DNA from: Eledone cirrhosa | Taxonomy: Eukaryota | Reading direction: 5' to 3' | Assembly (NCBI GenBank): GCA_964016885.1 | Contig: OZ024743.1 | Coordinates: forward strand, 169,012,001-169,076,000 | DNA: 64,000 nt | Part shown: positions 1 to 11,979 of the stretch, in pieces | Layout of the letters: each line of letters opens with the position of its first letter | How positions within the stretch are numbered: position 1 is the stretch's first letter | Position numbers and translations under genes: made by a program | The notes under the pieces: generated by a model | Told to the model about the DNA's origin: nothing | The model's database searches: none | The model's input: the letters and a program-made list of their open reading frames with translations, nothing else

Positions 1-1466
1 GCAGCCATTAGCATTCCTTCTGTAGCCTTTTTGAGGTCTCCTCTTCTCAACCAGTTCCATGTCTGTGGATCTCTAAATTCAGTTTTCTCAAAGAAGGTAC
101 TATGAAGGGATTTTCCCTTAAGGCTGCTCTTCCTCCTTGATGTTATTTCCTCCTTGGACATCCCCTGGCCTACTGTCCCCTCCTTCAGTACAGTTCTGAG
201 CATTGGCTCCTTACTATAGGTCACGTATTTGTATAGGTTGTTTTTCTCCATCTGAACACAGTCCTCTATGCTGATAAGACCTCTTCCACCCTCAGATCTC
301 CTTAGGTAGAGTCTATCGACATCACTCCTCTTGTGGAACATGTTGTAGATAGTCAATAGCTTCCTAGTCTTCCTATCCATTTCTTTTTGTTCAGCAACAT
401 TCCATCTCAGAATTCCCGCACTGTACCTAATAATAGACACAGCTCGGGAATTTACTCCGCTTATGGCATTTCTGCTGTTCAGATGTGACTTCAATACGCT
501 CCTTACTCTCCGAATGTATTCAGTTCTTAACAATTCCTTCATTTTTTTGTTCTTTATGCCATCAGCCTCCAGAACGCCCAAATACTTGTATCCTTCCTCA
601 GAGTCAATTTCCTTTATCATCTCACCTGTTGGTATCTGGATCCCGTTACTTCTGCTCAACCTACCCCTCTTCATCACAATGACTCCACATTTACCAATAC
701 CAAACTGCATACATATATCACTGCTGAAAATACGGACAGTGTCAACAAGCACATCCAACTCCTTCTCACTTTTCCCGAAGAGCTTAAGATCGTCCATGAA
801 GAGGAGGTGATTGATGGTAAGCTCTCCCCTTCCCAACTTGTATCCTGCTCTCACTTTTCGCAGCATAATGGTCAAGGGCATCAGGGCAAGGACAAACAAC
901 AGAGGGGACAGGCTATCTCCCTGGAAGATACCTCTCTTGATCTTCACGCTTCCCAAGGATACTCCAGTTGATGTCAACTCTGTCTCCCAGGACCCCATAC
1001 TCCTGCCCAGCAACTGTCTGATGTTATCTGCCACCCTGAAGACCTCCAGGCTTTTGGTGATCCAGGAATGAGGCACCATGTCAAATGCCTTTCTGTAGTC
1101 TATCCATCCCATGGCAAGATCAGTGTGTCTCCTCCTGCAATTCCCCATTACCATCTTATCAATAAGCAACTGGTCCTTTGTACCACGTGACTTCTTTCGG
1201 CATCCTTTCTGTTCGTCCGGTAACAAGTTGTTTGTGTGGAGGTGATGGTAGATTTCCTCAGACACAATGCTCGTCAACAGTTTCCACATTACGGGCAGAC
1301 ATGTGATAGGTCTATAGTTGGTAACATCATTACCCTTGATTCGGTCTTTCATTATCAGAACTGTGGTACCTTTTGTCAACCACTCTGGCACCTCACCCGA
1401 CACCAAGCAGTCATTGAACATGGTCGTCAGCTTCGGGTGGAGGGATGTTAAATGTTTAATCCAATA
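1..1466 (-). mobile_element. R4/Dong-like non-LTR retrotransposon family A, 5'-truncated copy (RT region), runs off window start
   Basis: Reverse complement is near-identical to about 60462-61927 of the intact element (antisense ORFs 463-810 and 61118-61465 differ at about one residue); 5' end abuts the (ATT)n at 1471. Confidence 0.92.
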
Positions 1467-1469
1467 ATC

Positions 1470-1470
<1 letters not shown>

Positions 1471-1509
<39 letters not shown>
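1471..1509. repeat. (ATT)13 microsatellite between the Dong-A 5' end and a Tx1 5' end
   Basis: Directly visible. Confidence 0.97.
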
Positions 1510-3724
1510 GCGGACCTACGTAGGAAATTGTATTATCGTGAGCTCCACAGAGGTTTGTTGTTTACAGTTGTTTGAAATAGCCAGTTCATATATATTGCTT
1601 TCTGAAAAGGACACTCAATAATATTGAGCCCAAAATTTAAACTTTATTTTATCAAACAAACATTTCTTTGGAAAGAAAAAAGATGGACGGCTTTCGGCTA
1701 CCCAAATCAGGCTGACGGCAGTTCTAACAGACCCCCATCTCCCACCACCACCATTGTAAACCTTGCATTGTAAACCTTTGTAAACCTTGCATTGTAAACC
1801 TTGCTATTTTCGCTAAAAGCTGTGGCAATTATTTAGATTTGTCAAGTACAGACGTGCCTAAAGTAGAAACAATTATCTCGTGATATCGAAATCGATTCTT
1901 CCTAAATCGACTCTTCCACGCCGAACGCCACTGACACCACCAACACCACAACACCACAACAACAACAACTAAAAATAACAGCAAAAATAACAATAAGAAC
2001 AACAACAACAGCAACAATAAGAATAACAACAGCATCAACACCAGCGCAAAATCAAATGTGTCGTTTGCTAAAGCGACAAACAAAAACGAAACGGTTGATG
2101 TAAGCCAGGAAGAATTGAATGAAGCCAAGCGAATCGTAAAAAAATATGATTACAGGGTCAGTCTCCCCCTCCCCCTCCCATCTAATACCGTGGAGCATAG
2201 GCGCCTATGCACAGTTTCATTTCGCACAATAAATATAAAAACACGCCGAGTGGAACGGGCATCCTAATCCCACAAACAAAAAGCTTTGGGACATGTGTGG
2301 GCTCAAAAAATCCACATCATACGCGGGAAAAAATATGGAACTGTGGACGTGTTCTTTGGACGGACAAAAACTGGGACGAGGTGACGAGCATGGTAGCTCG
2401 TCTCGCCTAGAAATTGGCAGAGAGGAAGCTATCCCTGAAAGGTTGAGCAAAGGTGGCGAATGCGTATATCGCGTCCGTCATCTACTAACGTTTGACCGCC
2501 GTGCCTTGTCCTAAGCCTCGCCTGACTGTGCTTGAACGTTTGCTCTTTCACGTTTTTTCTTTTTGTAGAAGGGATGCGCTCCGATGGTCAGACAGTCCAT
2601 CTGCTGTCAACACCCACTACATGGAGGGCTGGGCATGCCGTGGCTTATGATGCGCAGACACACGCTCACGCTACGACATCTCCACCTCTTCCTCGACGGT
2701 GATCAGGTGTGGTCGCCGTTTGCTAGACGCGTGTTTCGCCAGCTCGTCGGCTGGACGGAGCTTCACTCCTGGATCAAGCAAAGACCGAGAGGGGGCTCTT
2801 GGAGATTGGAATATCTTCAGGCGCTTACAGCCCTCGACCAGTCGGGCAATGCGATAGGTGGAAACTCCACCTTGTCGTTCTATAGAGGATTAGTGGAGGG
2901 AAAGAGCGTCGACGTACTTGGGAAAATCGACGAAAATCAACCAGCCAATCTCTTCGGGAGAACTTTCGGGCCTGGCCTGGCAGTGCTACCGAGGAGCTTT
3001 GTGAGTTCGCGATAAACTCTACAGGTATGGAAGTGCCGTCAACCGGGCATGTCCGAGATGTACGCAGAGCGACGAAACCGTCCTGCACGCACTCGTCCAG
3101 TGACCGAGCATTGCTGATTTGTGGGTCTATGTCAAACACCTGCTATTGCGTGTTCGACGGATCCGGCTACCGTCTGAGTCCATCGTGAGAATTTCCCCAC
3201 TCCTTTCCTTTAGACGGAAAGGGCAGGCAGTTTTTATCTGTCTGGTGGCCATGGCGAAATAGATAGTGTGGTGGACGCGTTTGAAAGGGATGAAGATGAG
3301 CACTTACCTCTTCGGTAATGCCCTGATTAACTTCTTCAAATTTCATTTGAAAAGGAAAATCAGGGTAGAGATAGAAGTACTCTCTTCCCAGCATTTTGTT
3401 GAAAGATTTTGAGAGAGGCAAGCATGGCCCGAGTGAATGGGCCTACTCTGAGTATGCGCCTGTACATTGAAGGTGGAAAACTGGGAGAGGACACTTGCCC
3501 TGGTGGTCAGGATCACCGTGGCTGCTTTTTTATAGGGCTTTTTCCACGAATGTCCCTCGGAAGTCTCCCCCCTATTGGGGGAATTTTTCATTGTTTCTTT
3601 TTTTTGTTACATCCTCTGTGTTTGTTTTATTACACGCAGAAATACCCATTTGTACCGTCCTGTATTGTCCTGTATTGTCCTTAATGTTTTACTTTGTGTC
3701 AACCCTTGTGGTTAATAAAGAAAG

Positions 3725-3725
<1 letters not shown>
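1510..3725 (+). mobile_element. Tx1/L1-like element, internally deleted (5' UTR + ORF1 start joined near 2355 to ORF2 C-terminus + 3' UTR)
   Basis: Asn-rich ORF1 start; 2060-2350 homologous to 40960-41240 (minus); ORF2 C-terminal motifs ICCQHPLHGGLGMP and FFKFHLKRKIRVE; 3' UTR CCCCCTATTGGGGG hairpin, AATAAA, then (ATT)n. Confidence 0.85.

Positions 3726-3758
<33 letters not shown>
3726..3758. repeat. (ATT)11 between two head-to-tail Tx1 elements
   Basis: Directly visible. Confidence 0.97.
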
Positions 3759-4494
3759 GAAGGTGAAGCCACGCTTCTTATCGGCTCCAGTTTTTTTCAA
3801 CAGTTTACCTCGTTTTCAACCATTCTTAACCTCTTATTCAAGTTTTAAACTTTATAAAAGTTTAGAAGAAGTGACCCACCTAATACAGAGGTTCACTCGT
3901 AAGTATTACGACACCCCTTTATGGGGTACACCTCTTTATGGGGTGTCGTATTATGTAAAACAATTATTTGAAAAAATATTTCTTTCAACATGTATAACAC
4001 AAGAAAGAGAGAGAGAGAGAGCGCCGTCAGACAACACAGAGAGAGGGCGACTTTGTCAACATGTCAACAAGACAGCGTTCTAGCGAAAGTGAATATAAAA
4101 GAAAATATTACGAAGGAAAAGAAGAACAATATCATTTTTAATGATATTTTTTCAGATTTAAAGTTACCAAATATTACTAACACAAACAACACCAACAACA
4201 ACACCATCAATAACAACAGCAACAACAAAAATAACAGCGGTAAGGTCGAGAAAGACAATAACAACAGCCACAATAACAGTAACAGCAACAACAGTACCAA
4301 CGAAAACAACAACGATGACATCAATACCAGTAACAGCGATCTCAGCACCACCAGCAAGACCAGTAGCGGCAGCAGTAATTTTTTCAAGGACCAACAGCTA
4401 CGTAAGCAAAATCTCACATCGGGTGGAGAGAGCCACGGAGGCTCAAATCCAAAAGGCCTTGGGGTACATCTGGGCGCGCAAAAGCCACATCACC

Positions 4495-5377
4495 CGAAGC
4501 AGCCGCCCCCGATCCTGGATGGCTGGGAGATGCGTATACATTATAGCCGCCGAAGATCTATGTTTAGTGACCTGAGGTCGTTGAGCAGGTGGCCCTGCTT
4601 CTATGACGACCCCAGGGCACGCGCAATTATGCTGCCTATTCTGTGTAAGGCCATGTTGAAAAGGAGTGGAAAAAGATGGGAAACACCACTTACCTTACTT
4701 CTTGTGGGGGGAGGATGGTTTTTCCGTCCTTCTCACTTTTTGTGGCCCCCTCCTGGAAAGTATTTGTGGGAAGTCTCTGATGTGCTTGGGGAATTTTAAT
4801 TTTAGTGTTGTGTATGTTTTCTGTGTGATGCGAGTGATTTGTATGTGTGTGGGTGGTGTGAATTTTTGGGGTGTTGTATAGTCTTTTTCTGAGATGCTGG
4901 TGTTGTGTTGGATGTAATGTAATAAATGGTTGTTGTTCAAATTTAATGCTATGTAGTGTGTATCGTTTTGGTTGCTTTGTATTGTTTGCGTTTGTTGTGG
5001 GTTTGTTTCTGTTTCGCTTGTTGGGGATTTTTGTGGTGTTGGTGATGGTGTTGGTGGGGTTAATGATGGTGATGGTGTTGGTGTTTGTGGTGATGGGACC
5101 GCTGATGCTGGTGTAGGTGGTGGCATAGCTGTCTTAACTTTTTTGTTAGTTTGTTTGTTTCGCCCTGCATTTTGTTTTTGGAGGGCGAATAGAGGATTTC
5201 TTTCTTTTCTGTTTTCCAGATACAGTTTCCCACTCCTCTTCGTCTGTCTCCAGTTGTGAGAGGTCGGAGAGTAGAAAATCCTCCACAGGAGTTGGTTTTG
5301 GTTGTGGCGTGATGGATAGTGGAGGCGCTGGTGCGGTGGGTGGTGGTGCTGGTGGTTATGCTACTGTTGCTGCTACA

Positions 5378-5410
<33 letters not shown>

Positions 5411-5492
5411 ACAGTTGCTTCTGTTGTTGCTGGCATTTCTGCTGCTGGTTTTGATGGTTGAGTCACTGGCGTGGGCAGGAGCGGTGGCCTCA
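4495..5492 (-). mobile_element. Inverted Tx1 segment (ORF1 C-terminus to ORF2 start) inside ORF1 of the 3759-10107 element
   Basis: Plus-strand text is collinear with about 39510-40557, a minus-strand Tx1; peptide QNDTHYIALNLNNNHLLHYIQHNTSISEKDYTTPQ matches ORF 39913-40218. Confidence 0.85.
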
Positions 5493-6701
5493 AATTTTCG
5501 CTACCCCGCAAGAGGTGAAGTCTCACTCTTTGGAGATAATCTTGGAGCCCTCCTACTGCGGGCAGGAAATTGCGACGTGCCCATACTTTGGCTGGCCACG
5601 TCTGTCGTTGCTGGAATCGAGGACAGGACGACCATGCTGCAAGTAGAGAAAATAGGGAAAGAGAACTGGTGAGCTATAGGCATGCAAATGCTTATACAAA
5701 CCGACCAGGAATGTATCGAGGCTATCCCCGATATCATAGACCTCGAGGAAGGACTCCAATTCCCTATAAGCGTGGAAGTAAGACGGCCAAAATGTTATCA
5801 CTGTGGGTCAAAGGCTCACTTCAAGGCCTTTTACCCGCAGAAGACTGCGAAGAAGAAGCCTCCCCCTCCTTCCAATGCCTGGTCCGCTGCTACCAAGAGC
5901 AGGGCAGGCAACAAACGCTGAAGACCCTTCCACGGTGAGTAGGAGGACAACATCCGTGACACCCGTACCAATGCCACAGACAACTAAAGCAGCAGCAGCA
6001 GTGACGGCAACACCAGTAGAAACATTTGCAGTAGCTGCACCAGCAACAAAATCGCCGGAGAGGGCTCCACTACCACCACCAACAGCCGTGGAAGAAAATA
6101 CCCCTCCCAGACGCCACGGAATCCGATATGGAGTCTGGGACGGGTTGAAGTGGCAAACGGTCTGCCACAAAAAACAAAGAGAAAACCCTTAGATTCACCC
6201 TCCAAAAGCGAAGGCAAACAAAGAGGGGTAAAGGCTGCAAGGCGACTCGCAGCAAGCCACCACCATCACCACCATCAACCACCATACCACCACCACCGGC
6301 ATCACCACAAACACCAACATCGCAAACACAACAAGACAAACATACCTAACAGCAGCAACAAAAAAACAGCAACAAAACCAAACCCCTCAAAAACATTACA
6401 CAGCCATAAACATGGCAAATAAAGAACTCTTAGAACATATAAAGCAGCACACAGACAAAAATTACTACACCCCACCAACACTAAGAACTCTCCCGAAAAA
6501 TATAAACATTATTCAAATTAAAATAGAACATTATAAACTTTTAAAAGAAAAATTCTCCCAACGCAGTTGGATACTTCGGAGGGTCAGTTACGACATCATA
6601 TTGGAGACACCACTGACCAGCCAAAGGGACGGTTCAACTGTCCCTTTCCCACATGATCAGGGTAGGTGATCCTTTCTCACTTACTCAGTTCCTCACCCAA
6701 C

Positions 6702-9700
6702 ATGGCCTTACTTAGAATAGACAGTATAAATGTACGTGGCCTGGCGTCATCTTAGAATCAGGGCCACTTGCTTAACGATCTCAGGTCACTAAACATAGAT
6801 GTGGCCATCAGCGAGATCAGAATTTCCGAAGCACGAGACTTCGCACCGATCCTCGGCGGCTACGATGTATACGCATCTCCCAGCCGTCCGGGAGTGGGGG
6901 CGGAGTTGCTGTGCTTTTTCGAAGAGGCTTGGATCTCGCCATACGGGCCATCTTCCTGGACCCAGAAGGTAAGTCGGTGGTACTGGACGTGACAGGAAGC
7001 GTAGGCAATGCTTTCAGGCTAGTAGCCGTCTACACCCCAACAGGGGCAGGACGGCCAGATTTCTTCAGACGTCTAGAGTCCTTTCTTGGAACGTCCTGCT
7101 CTTTAGTGTTAGTGAGTGTCTGGAACGATATCTTAGATGCACGCTGGGATTATGTGAGGCTAGTAAACAAGGATCCGATTACTGGAAGGTGAACGCGTCT
7201 TTCCCGGCGTACAAAGCTTACAGAGACGGGATAAGCGAATTAGTTAAGTGTGCGTTGACGGGTGCGATCGTCAACAACAGCTGGCGGTTTACCCTGAAAA
7301 GGGCAATTAGAGTAGAATCAATAAGGTTTAGCAAACGAGTAAAGATAGAGGAAAATAGAGTAGAAGGAGAGCTAGTTATAAAGCTAGAAGAGGCATTTAG
7401 AACAGGCATCGCAACCGATGTGCTTGCGGCAAGATTAGCACTCGACCAATTCTTCAATGCAAAGTACGAAGGCTGCGTTGTCAGAGCTAGAGCGCGTGCT
7501 CTGAGACAAGAGGGGACAAAAGCTGTCCAATGGGCCCGGATGTTGGAGGCGCGACGTGGTAACAAAGCCACAATTCAATCCTTGCCTCACCAAAACGGAC
7601 ATATGTTAGTCGAACCCGAGCAGATGTGTGAAGCTTTTCAGCAGCACTTTGCTCAACTGTTTGGGAGCGACGGTGGGACAGATCAGATTATGAACTTCAG
7701 TGCATACCTTGAGGTATTGCCGCAGCTCTCAACGACCGCAGTGCAGTATTGCGAAAAGCCGATAACAGCCGTTGAAATACGGGAAGCGTTGTACGACTGC
7801 CTGAGGGTTAAATAGCCAGGTTTGGATGGTTAGCCCTACGAGCTTCATGCGTACATGTCAGACTTTTTCGGCGACCTCTTGGCAGCCGTCTACTGCAATT
7901 GGCAGCAAAACGGGAGCATTCCCAGTTTTGAGAACCTGGGAGCGGTGTCGCTGTTGAAAAAAGACCCAAACAATGGGGACGTTATAGACAACTACAGGCC
8001 CATAACTCTGTTAAACACAGACTTCAAGATTTTGGCCAAGGTGTTAGCAACGCGATTGACGCTTGTCGTCGGTAATCTGGTAGGAGAGGCGCAGACATGC
8101 GCCATTCTAGACAGATCCATCCACGATAACCTCCACCTCATGTGATTCATCATAGAGAGGGTGGTTAAGGAACCTGGTATGGGTGGGGCCCTGATCAACT
8201 TAGATCAATCTAAGGCATTTGATAGGCTCGACCATCAGTACCTGGCGGCGGTCCTCGAGGCGACTAGTTTCAAGCTCATTTTCAGGGGCTGGATCGCTGC
8301 GATGCACAGCAACATCTGCTCAGCAGTGAATGTGAACGGTCATCTGTCAGCCGTTCAGCATCATACACTCGGTCCGTCAGCGGTGTCCCCTCTCGTCACT
8401 CTTGTACGTCTTGGCCATAGAGCCGTTACTGCACAAACTGGAGGCGATGTGAGACATCCCACGTGAACTGGGATGTGGGAGATCGGTATCGGCTTACGCC
8501 GACGACGACGAAACCGTGGCGGTGTCAAGCGCCGGAAATGTCCAGATGTTCGGCACCGTTCCCAAGGAATATGAAGCAGTGACGGGAGCAAAGTTAAACC
8601 AGGAAAAGTCGTCGGGCTTACAGCTCGGCACCTGGAGAGGCAAGTCCGTGTCGCCCGACAGCGTCGTGGGGGGCTGGACGGTAGGACTGGTTAAATTGCT
8701 CGGAGTCTGGTTAGGTCCGGACCTTCAGATGGAGAAAAACTGGAGCGAGGTGACGAACAGGGTGGCCTCTCTCACCCAGAAATGGGCCAAGAGGAAGCTG
8801 TCCCTGAAAGGTCGGGCAGATGTGACGAATGCGTTCATCACATCCGTCATCTGCTACCGCCTAACCGTTGTGCCTTGCCCCAGCCCAAGTCTGACAAAAA
8901 TGGAACGCCTCCTTCTCCGCATTTTATGGAAGGTGCGTGTTCCCATGGTCAGACGACCCATTTGCTCTCAACACCTGTTGCGTGGAGGGCTGGGCGTGCC
9001 GTGGCTGATGATGCGCAAACACGCGCTGAGGCTGCAACATCTCTGGTGCTTCATTGACGGTGATTAGGAGTGGTCACCGTTTGCCAGACTCCGTTTGCGG
9101 AGCTGCAGTCCTGGAAATTTCTGGTGCTTCCTTGAGGTGTTTTTCCCCAGCTCGTCTCATTAACGGAGCTGCAGTCCAGGATCAGCAAAAGACCGAGGGA
9201 TAGCGCTTGAAAGATGGAATGTTTCCTAGCGCTCACAGCCATCTACGATCTGGGCACTAGTATCGGTGGAACATCCACCTCGGATAGAGGGCTATTGGAG
9301 GGGAAGAGTGATGACGTTCTCGGGGAGACCCTGGGCGTCGAAGACAATCAGCTGTTCGCTCTCTTCAAGAGAACTTTCAACCGGGGCCTATGGACAACTT
9401 CCAGAAATCCCTGGCCTGGTAGTGCTACCGGGGAGAGTTGCCGGTTCGAGATAAGCTCTACAGGCACGGAAGTGCCGTCAGCCGAGATGCGCACACAGCG
9501 ACGAAACCGTTGTGCACGCACTCGTTCAGTGTCCGAGCATTGCTGACTGATGGAGCTATGTCGAACATTTCTGTCACGTGTAGGGCGGATCCGATTAACG
9601 ACTGTGTGCATTATGCCGATAGCCCCGCCGTCCTCCTTTTAGGAGGAAGAAGGGCAGGCAGTTTTCATCTGCCTGGTGGCTATGGCGAAAGAGATTGTAT

Positions 9701-9897
9701 GGTGGACAAGGTTGAAAGGATTCAAGACGGACACTTTCCTCTTCGGCGAAATCCTGATTAACTTTTTCAAATTTCAGTTGAAGAGTAAAGTCAGGGTGGA
9801 GAGACTAGTGCCGTCATCAAATACGTTTCTTGAAAGGTGGGTGAAAGTGGCGAGACTGGTCCGAGTGAACGGACCCGCTCTGTGTATGCGCCAGTAG
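6702..9897 (+). pseudogene. Disrupted Tx1 ORF2 (APE endonuclease + reverse transcriptase + C-terminal domain)
   Basis: Fragments carry RLVAVYTP and WNDILD (APE); YRPITLLNTDFKILAKVLA, LDQSKAFDR and SAYADD (RT); GGLGVP. Multiple stops, frameshifts and deletions. Confidence 0.9.
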
Positions 9898-10107
9898 ACT
9901 GAGGAGTAGAAAACTGAGAGAGGGCGCTTGCCCTGGTGGTCTGGGTGGCCATGATCTTTTGTGTGGTTTTCGCCACGAGTGACCCTCGGAAGGTTCCCCC
10001 CTATTGGGGTATTTTGATATTTGATTTTTTAAAATATTTCTGTCTTTTTGTTATAACCGTTCTGTGCCGTCTGCAATGTTTTTCTTCATGTTAGCCCTAA
10101 AGAAACC

Positions 10108-10132
10108 ATTATTATTATTATGATTATTATTA
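10108..10132. repeat. Imperfect (ATT)n shared by a Tx1 3' end and a Dong-B 3' end (tail-to-tail)
   Basis: Directly visible. Confidence 0.85.
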
Positions 10133-11928
10133 CTTGCATTTATCTTGCTTTATGTTCATACGAGTTATCACCAAGTCACAACCAGTGACCTCAAGAGACA
10201 ACAAGGTCCGCCATGTTCAAGAAAGAACATACATATTCACACATGCATCCTTAGTGTTTAGACTTGTGATGTACTTATATTGACAGGATCTTCCTTAGTA
10301 TATGGGCAGTTCCCATTAGTACTATCTTTTGTATTTCTCCTATACGCGGGTTTCCTGGGATTTGCGATAAGTAGTCGTTAGACCCCTTAGGTATCATTCC
10401 CAGAGCGCCTACAACCACTGGTATTGTTTTAGTTCTCAATTTCCACATTTTTCCAATTTCTATCCCCAGGTCCTTATACTTGCTCAATTTTTCAAATGTT
10501 TTTATAGATACATTCTTGTCTATTGGAACAGACATATCAATTAGCAGGCATACCCTCCTTTGAAAGTCCTTCAATATTATATCAGGTCTATTTGCATCTA
10601 TTTTTCGGTCTGTTTGGATGCTAAAGTTCCACAAGATTGAGATGTGATCTTTTTCAAGTATGGGAGGTGGTTGATGCTCCCACCAATTCTTTTGATGGGG
10701 CAGGTCAAAATGCTTACACATTATCCAATGTATGTATTGTGCAGCTCTGTCATGCCTGTTTAGGTATTCGGTTGGAGCTATAGGACTGCACATTGAAATT
10801 ATATGGTCAATGGTCTCTGGTTGTTTTTTGCATACACGGCATAATGGGCTGCACCCATTTTTTATTATGTTGGCTTGGTAATTTTTTGTTGGCAGACACT
10901 GATCTTGTGCCGATATAATCAGTCCTTCAGTCTCCGATTTCAGTCCAGAGGATGCCAACCACTGATGCGTTAAAGTTTTGTCAACATCAGGATTGTTAGC
11001 TCGCTCTGGGTATTTTCCATACAGAGGCTTTTCTTGCCATTTCTTAGCCAGTTTCTGTAGCAGTTCTTTCTTTGCAGTTACTTTTACCTGCTTTGCTTTT
11101 TCTGTGTTTTCCATTTCAGCAGCAAATGGGACTTCTGAAATGTGTAGTCTATTACTGTATCTTTGTGCATCTTTTGTAATGGAATATGATCTTTTGGTGA
11201 GGAAGGGGTGAGCCAGCAGTCCCATAATTGTTGATGTAGACGTTTGGCCGGTGGCAAGGTCACCAAGTCAATCTATTTATATCTTTTGCTAGCCTCTCTC
11301 TTGTCTAGTGATACCGCCACCTTCCCTTTTCTCTCTCAAGTTAACAGGGGAATAGTGTCAGTAGCATTGAATGAGTGGTGGCGGCGATGATGGATGTGGT
11401 GGGGTGGTGGCAGCGGTGGTGTTGTGGTTACTGATATAGTATCTATGAGTTTGTGTTCGTATGTTTAATATACATTTTTATTATATTTTGTGTTGACATA
11501 TTCCCGTAAAATTTGAATTAAACATTTTTTAAAATTTGAGACAATAATAATAGTAATTATTATTATGATGCTGGTGAAATTGCCGTTATCTGGTTGTTAT
11601 ATTTAGTGTGATGGGATAGGTAGTGTATCAAGTTTCTGGTGTTGGTGAAATTGAAATTGCTGCTGTTCTATATAGTGTAGACAGAGGGTGTTTTGTTCCA
11701 TTTATAACCATTTTCTTTTTTTTAATACAAAATATATAATACAAAATTGAATATTTGAGCGATACAACAATATAATATGGATCCGAAGCTTTATGGGACC
11801 TCATTCGGTGCCTTTATGCAACATTTGTGCTAAGAATTGTTCTTTCACAATTGATTTAAATATGTTAAAAATCAAAAAACTTACGGGAGCAATTTCGTGA
11901 CGTTCTACCACCTCGTGCGTCTTCTTCC

Positions 11929-11931
<3 letters not shown>
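10133..11931 (-). mobile_element. R4/Dong-like family B element with large internal deletion (5' UTR joined to C-terminal nuclease region)
   Basis: 10133-11200 is the near-identical reverse complement of about 53220-54298; 11600-11910 is homologous to the Dong-A leader at 58132-58445; bounded by (AAT)n on both sides. Confidence 0.82.
10275..11225 (-). CDS. 316-aa ORF: CCHC zinc knuckle + restriction-like (PD-D/ExK) endonuclease of Dong-B, no RT
   Basis: CRVCKKQPETIDHIISMC, RHD, RPDIILKD...IDMSVP...EKLSKYKDL; uninterrupted. Confidence 0.7.
   Translation of the reverse strand: MGLLAHPFLTKRSYSITKDAQRYSNRLHISEVPFAAEMENTEKAKQVKVTAKKELLQKLAKKWQEKPLYGKYPERANNPDVDKTLTHQWLASSGLKSETEGLIISAQDQCLPTKNYQANIIKNGCSPLCRVCKKQPETIDHIISMCSPIAPTEYLNRHDRAAQYIHWIMCKHFDLPHQKNWWEHQPPPILEKDHISILWNFSIQTDRKIDANRPDIILKDFQRRVCLLIDMSVPIDKNVSIKTFEKLSKYKDLGIEIGKMWKLRTKTIPVVVGALGMIPKGSNDYLSQIPGNPRIGEIQKIVLMGTAHILRKILSI

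Positions 11932-11979
<48 letters not shown>
11932..11979. repeat. (ATT)16 between two head-to-tail Dong elements
   Basis: Directly visible. Confidence 0.97.

Larger units (their letters stand above)
3759..10107 (+). mobile_element. Tx1/L1-like element, near full-length, degenerate
   Basis: Asn-rich ORF1 from about 3990; degenerate zinc knuckle CYHCGSKAHFKAF near 5790; ORF2 from ATG 6702 with APE and RT motifs; conserved 3' UTR ending in (ATT)n. Confidence 0.9.

Noticed and set aside
463-1451. Plus-strand ORFs mirrored at 60477-61465
   Set aside because: Antisense shadows of the Dong RT frame.
4064-4417. Poly-Leu, membrane-protein-like ORFs (also 1829-2128, 5319-5672, 44961-45278)
   Set aside because: Antisense of AAC/CAA-rich low-complexity Tx1 ORF1 sequence.
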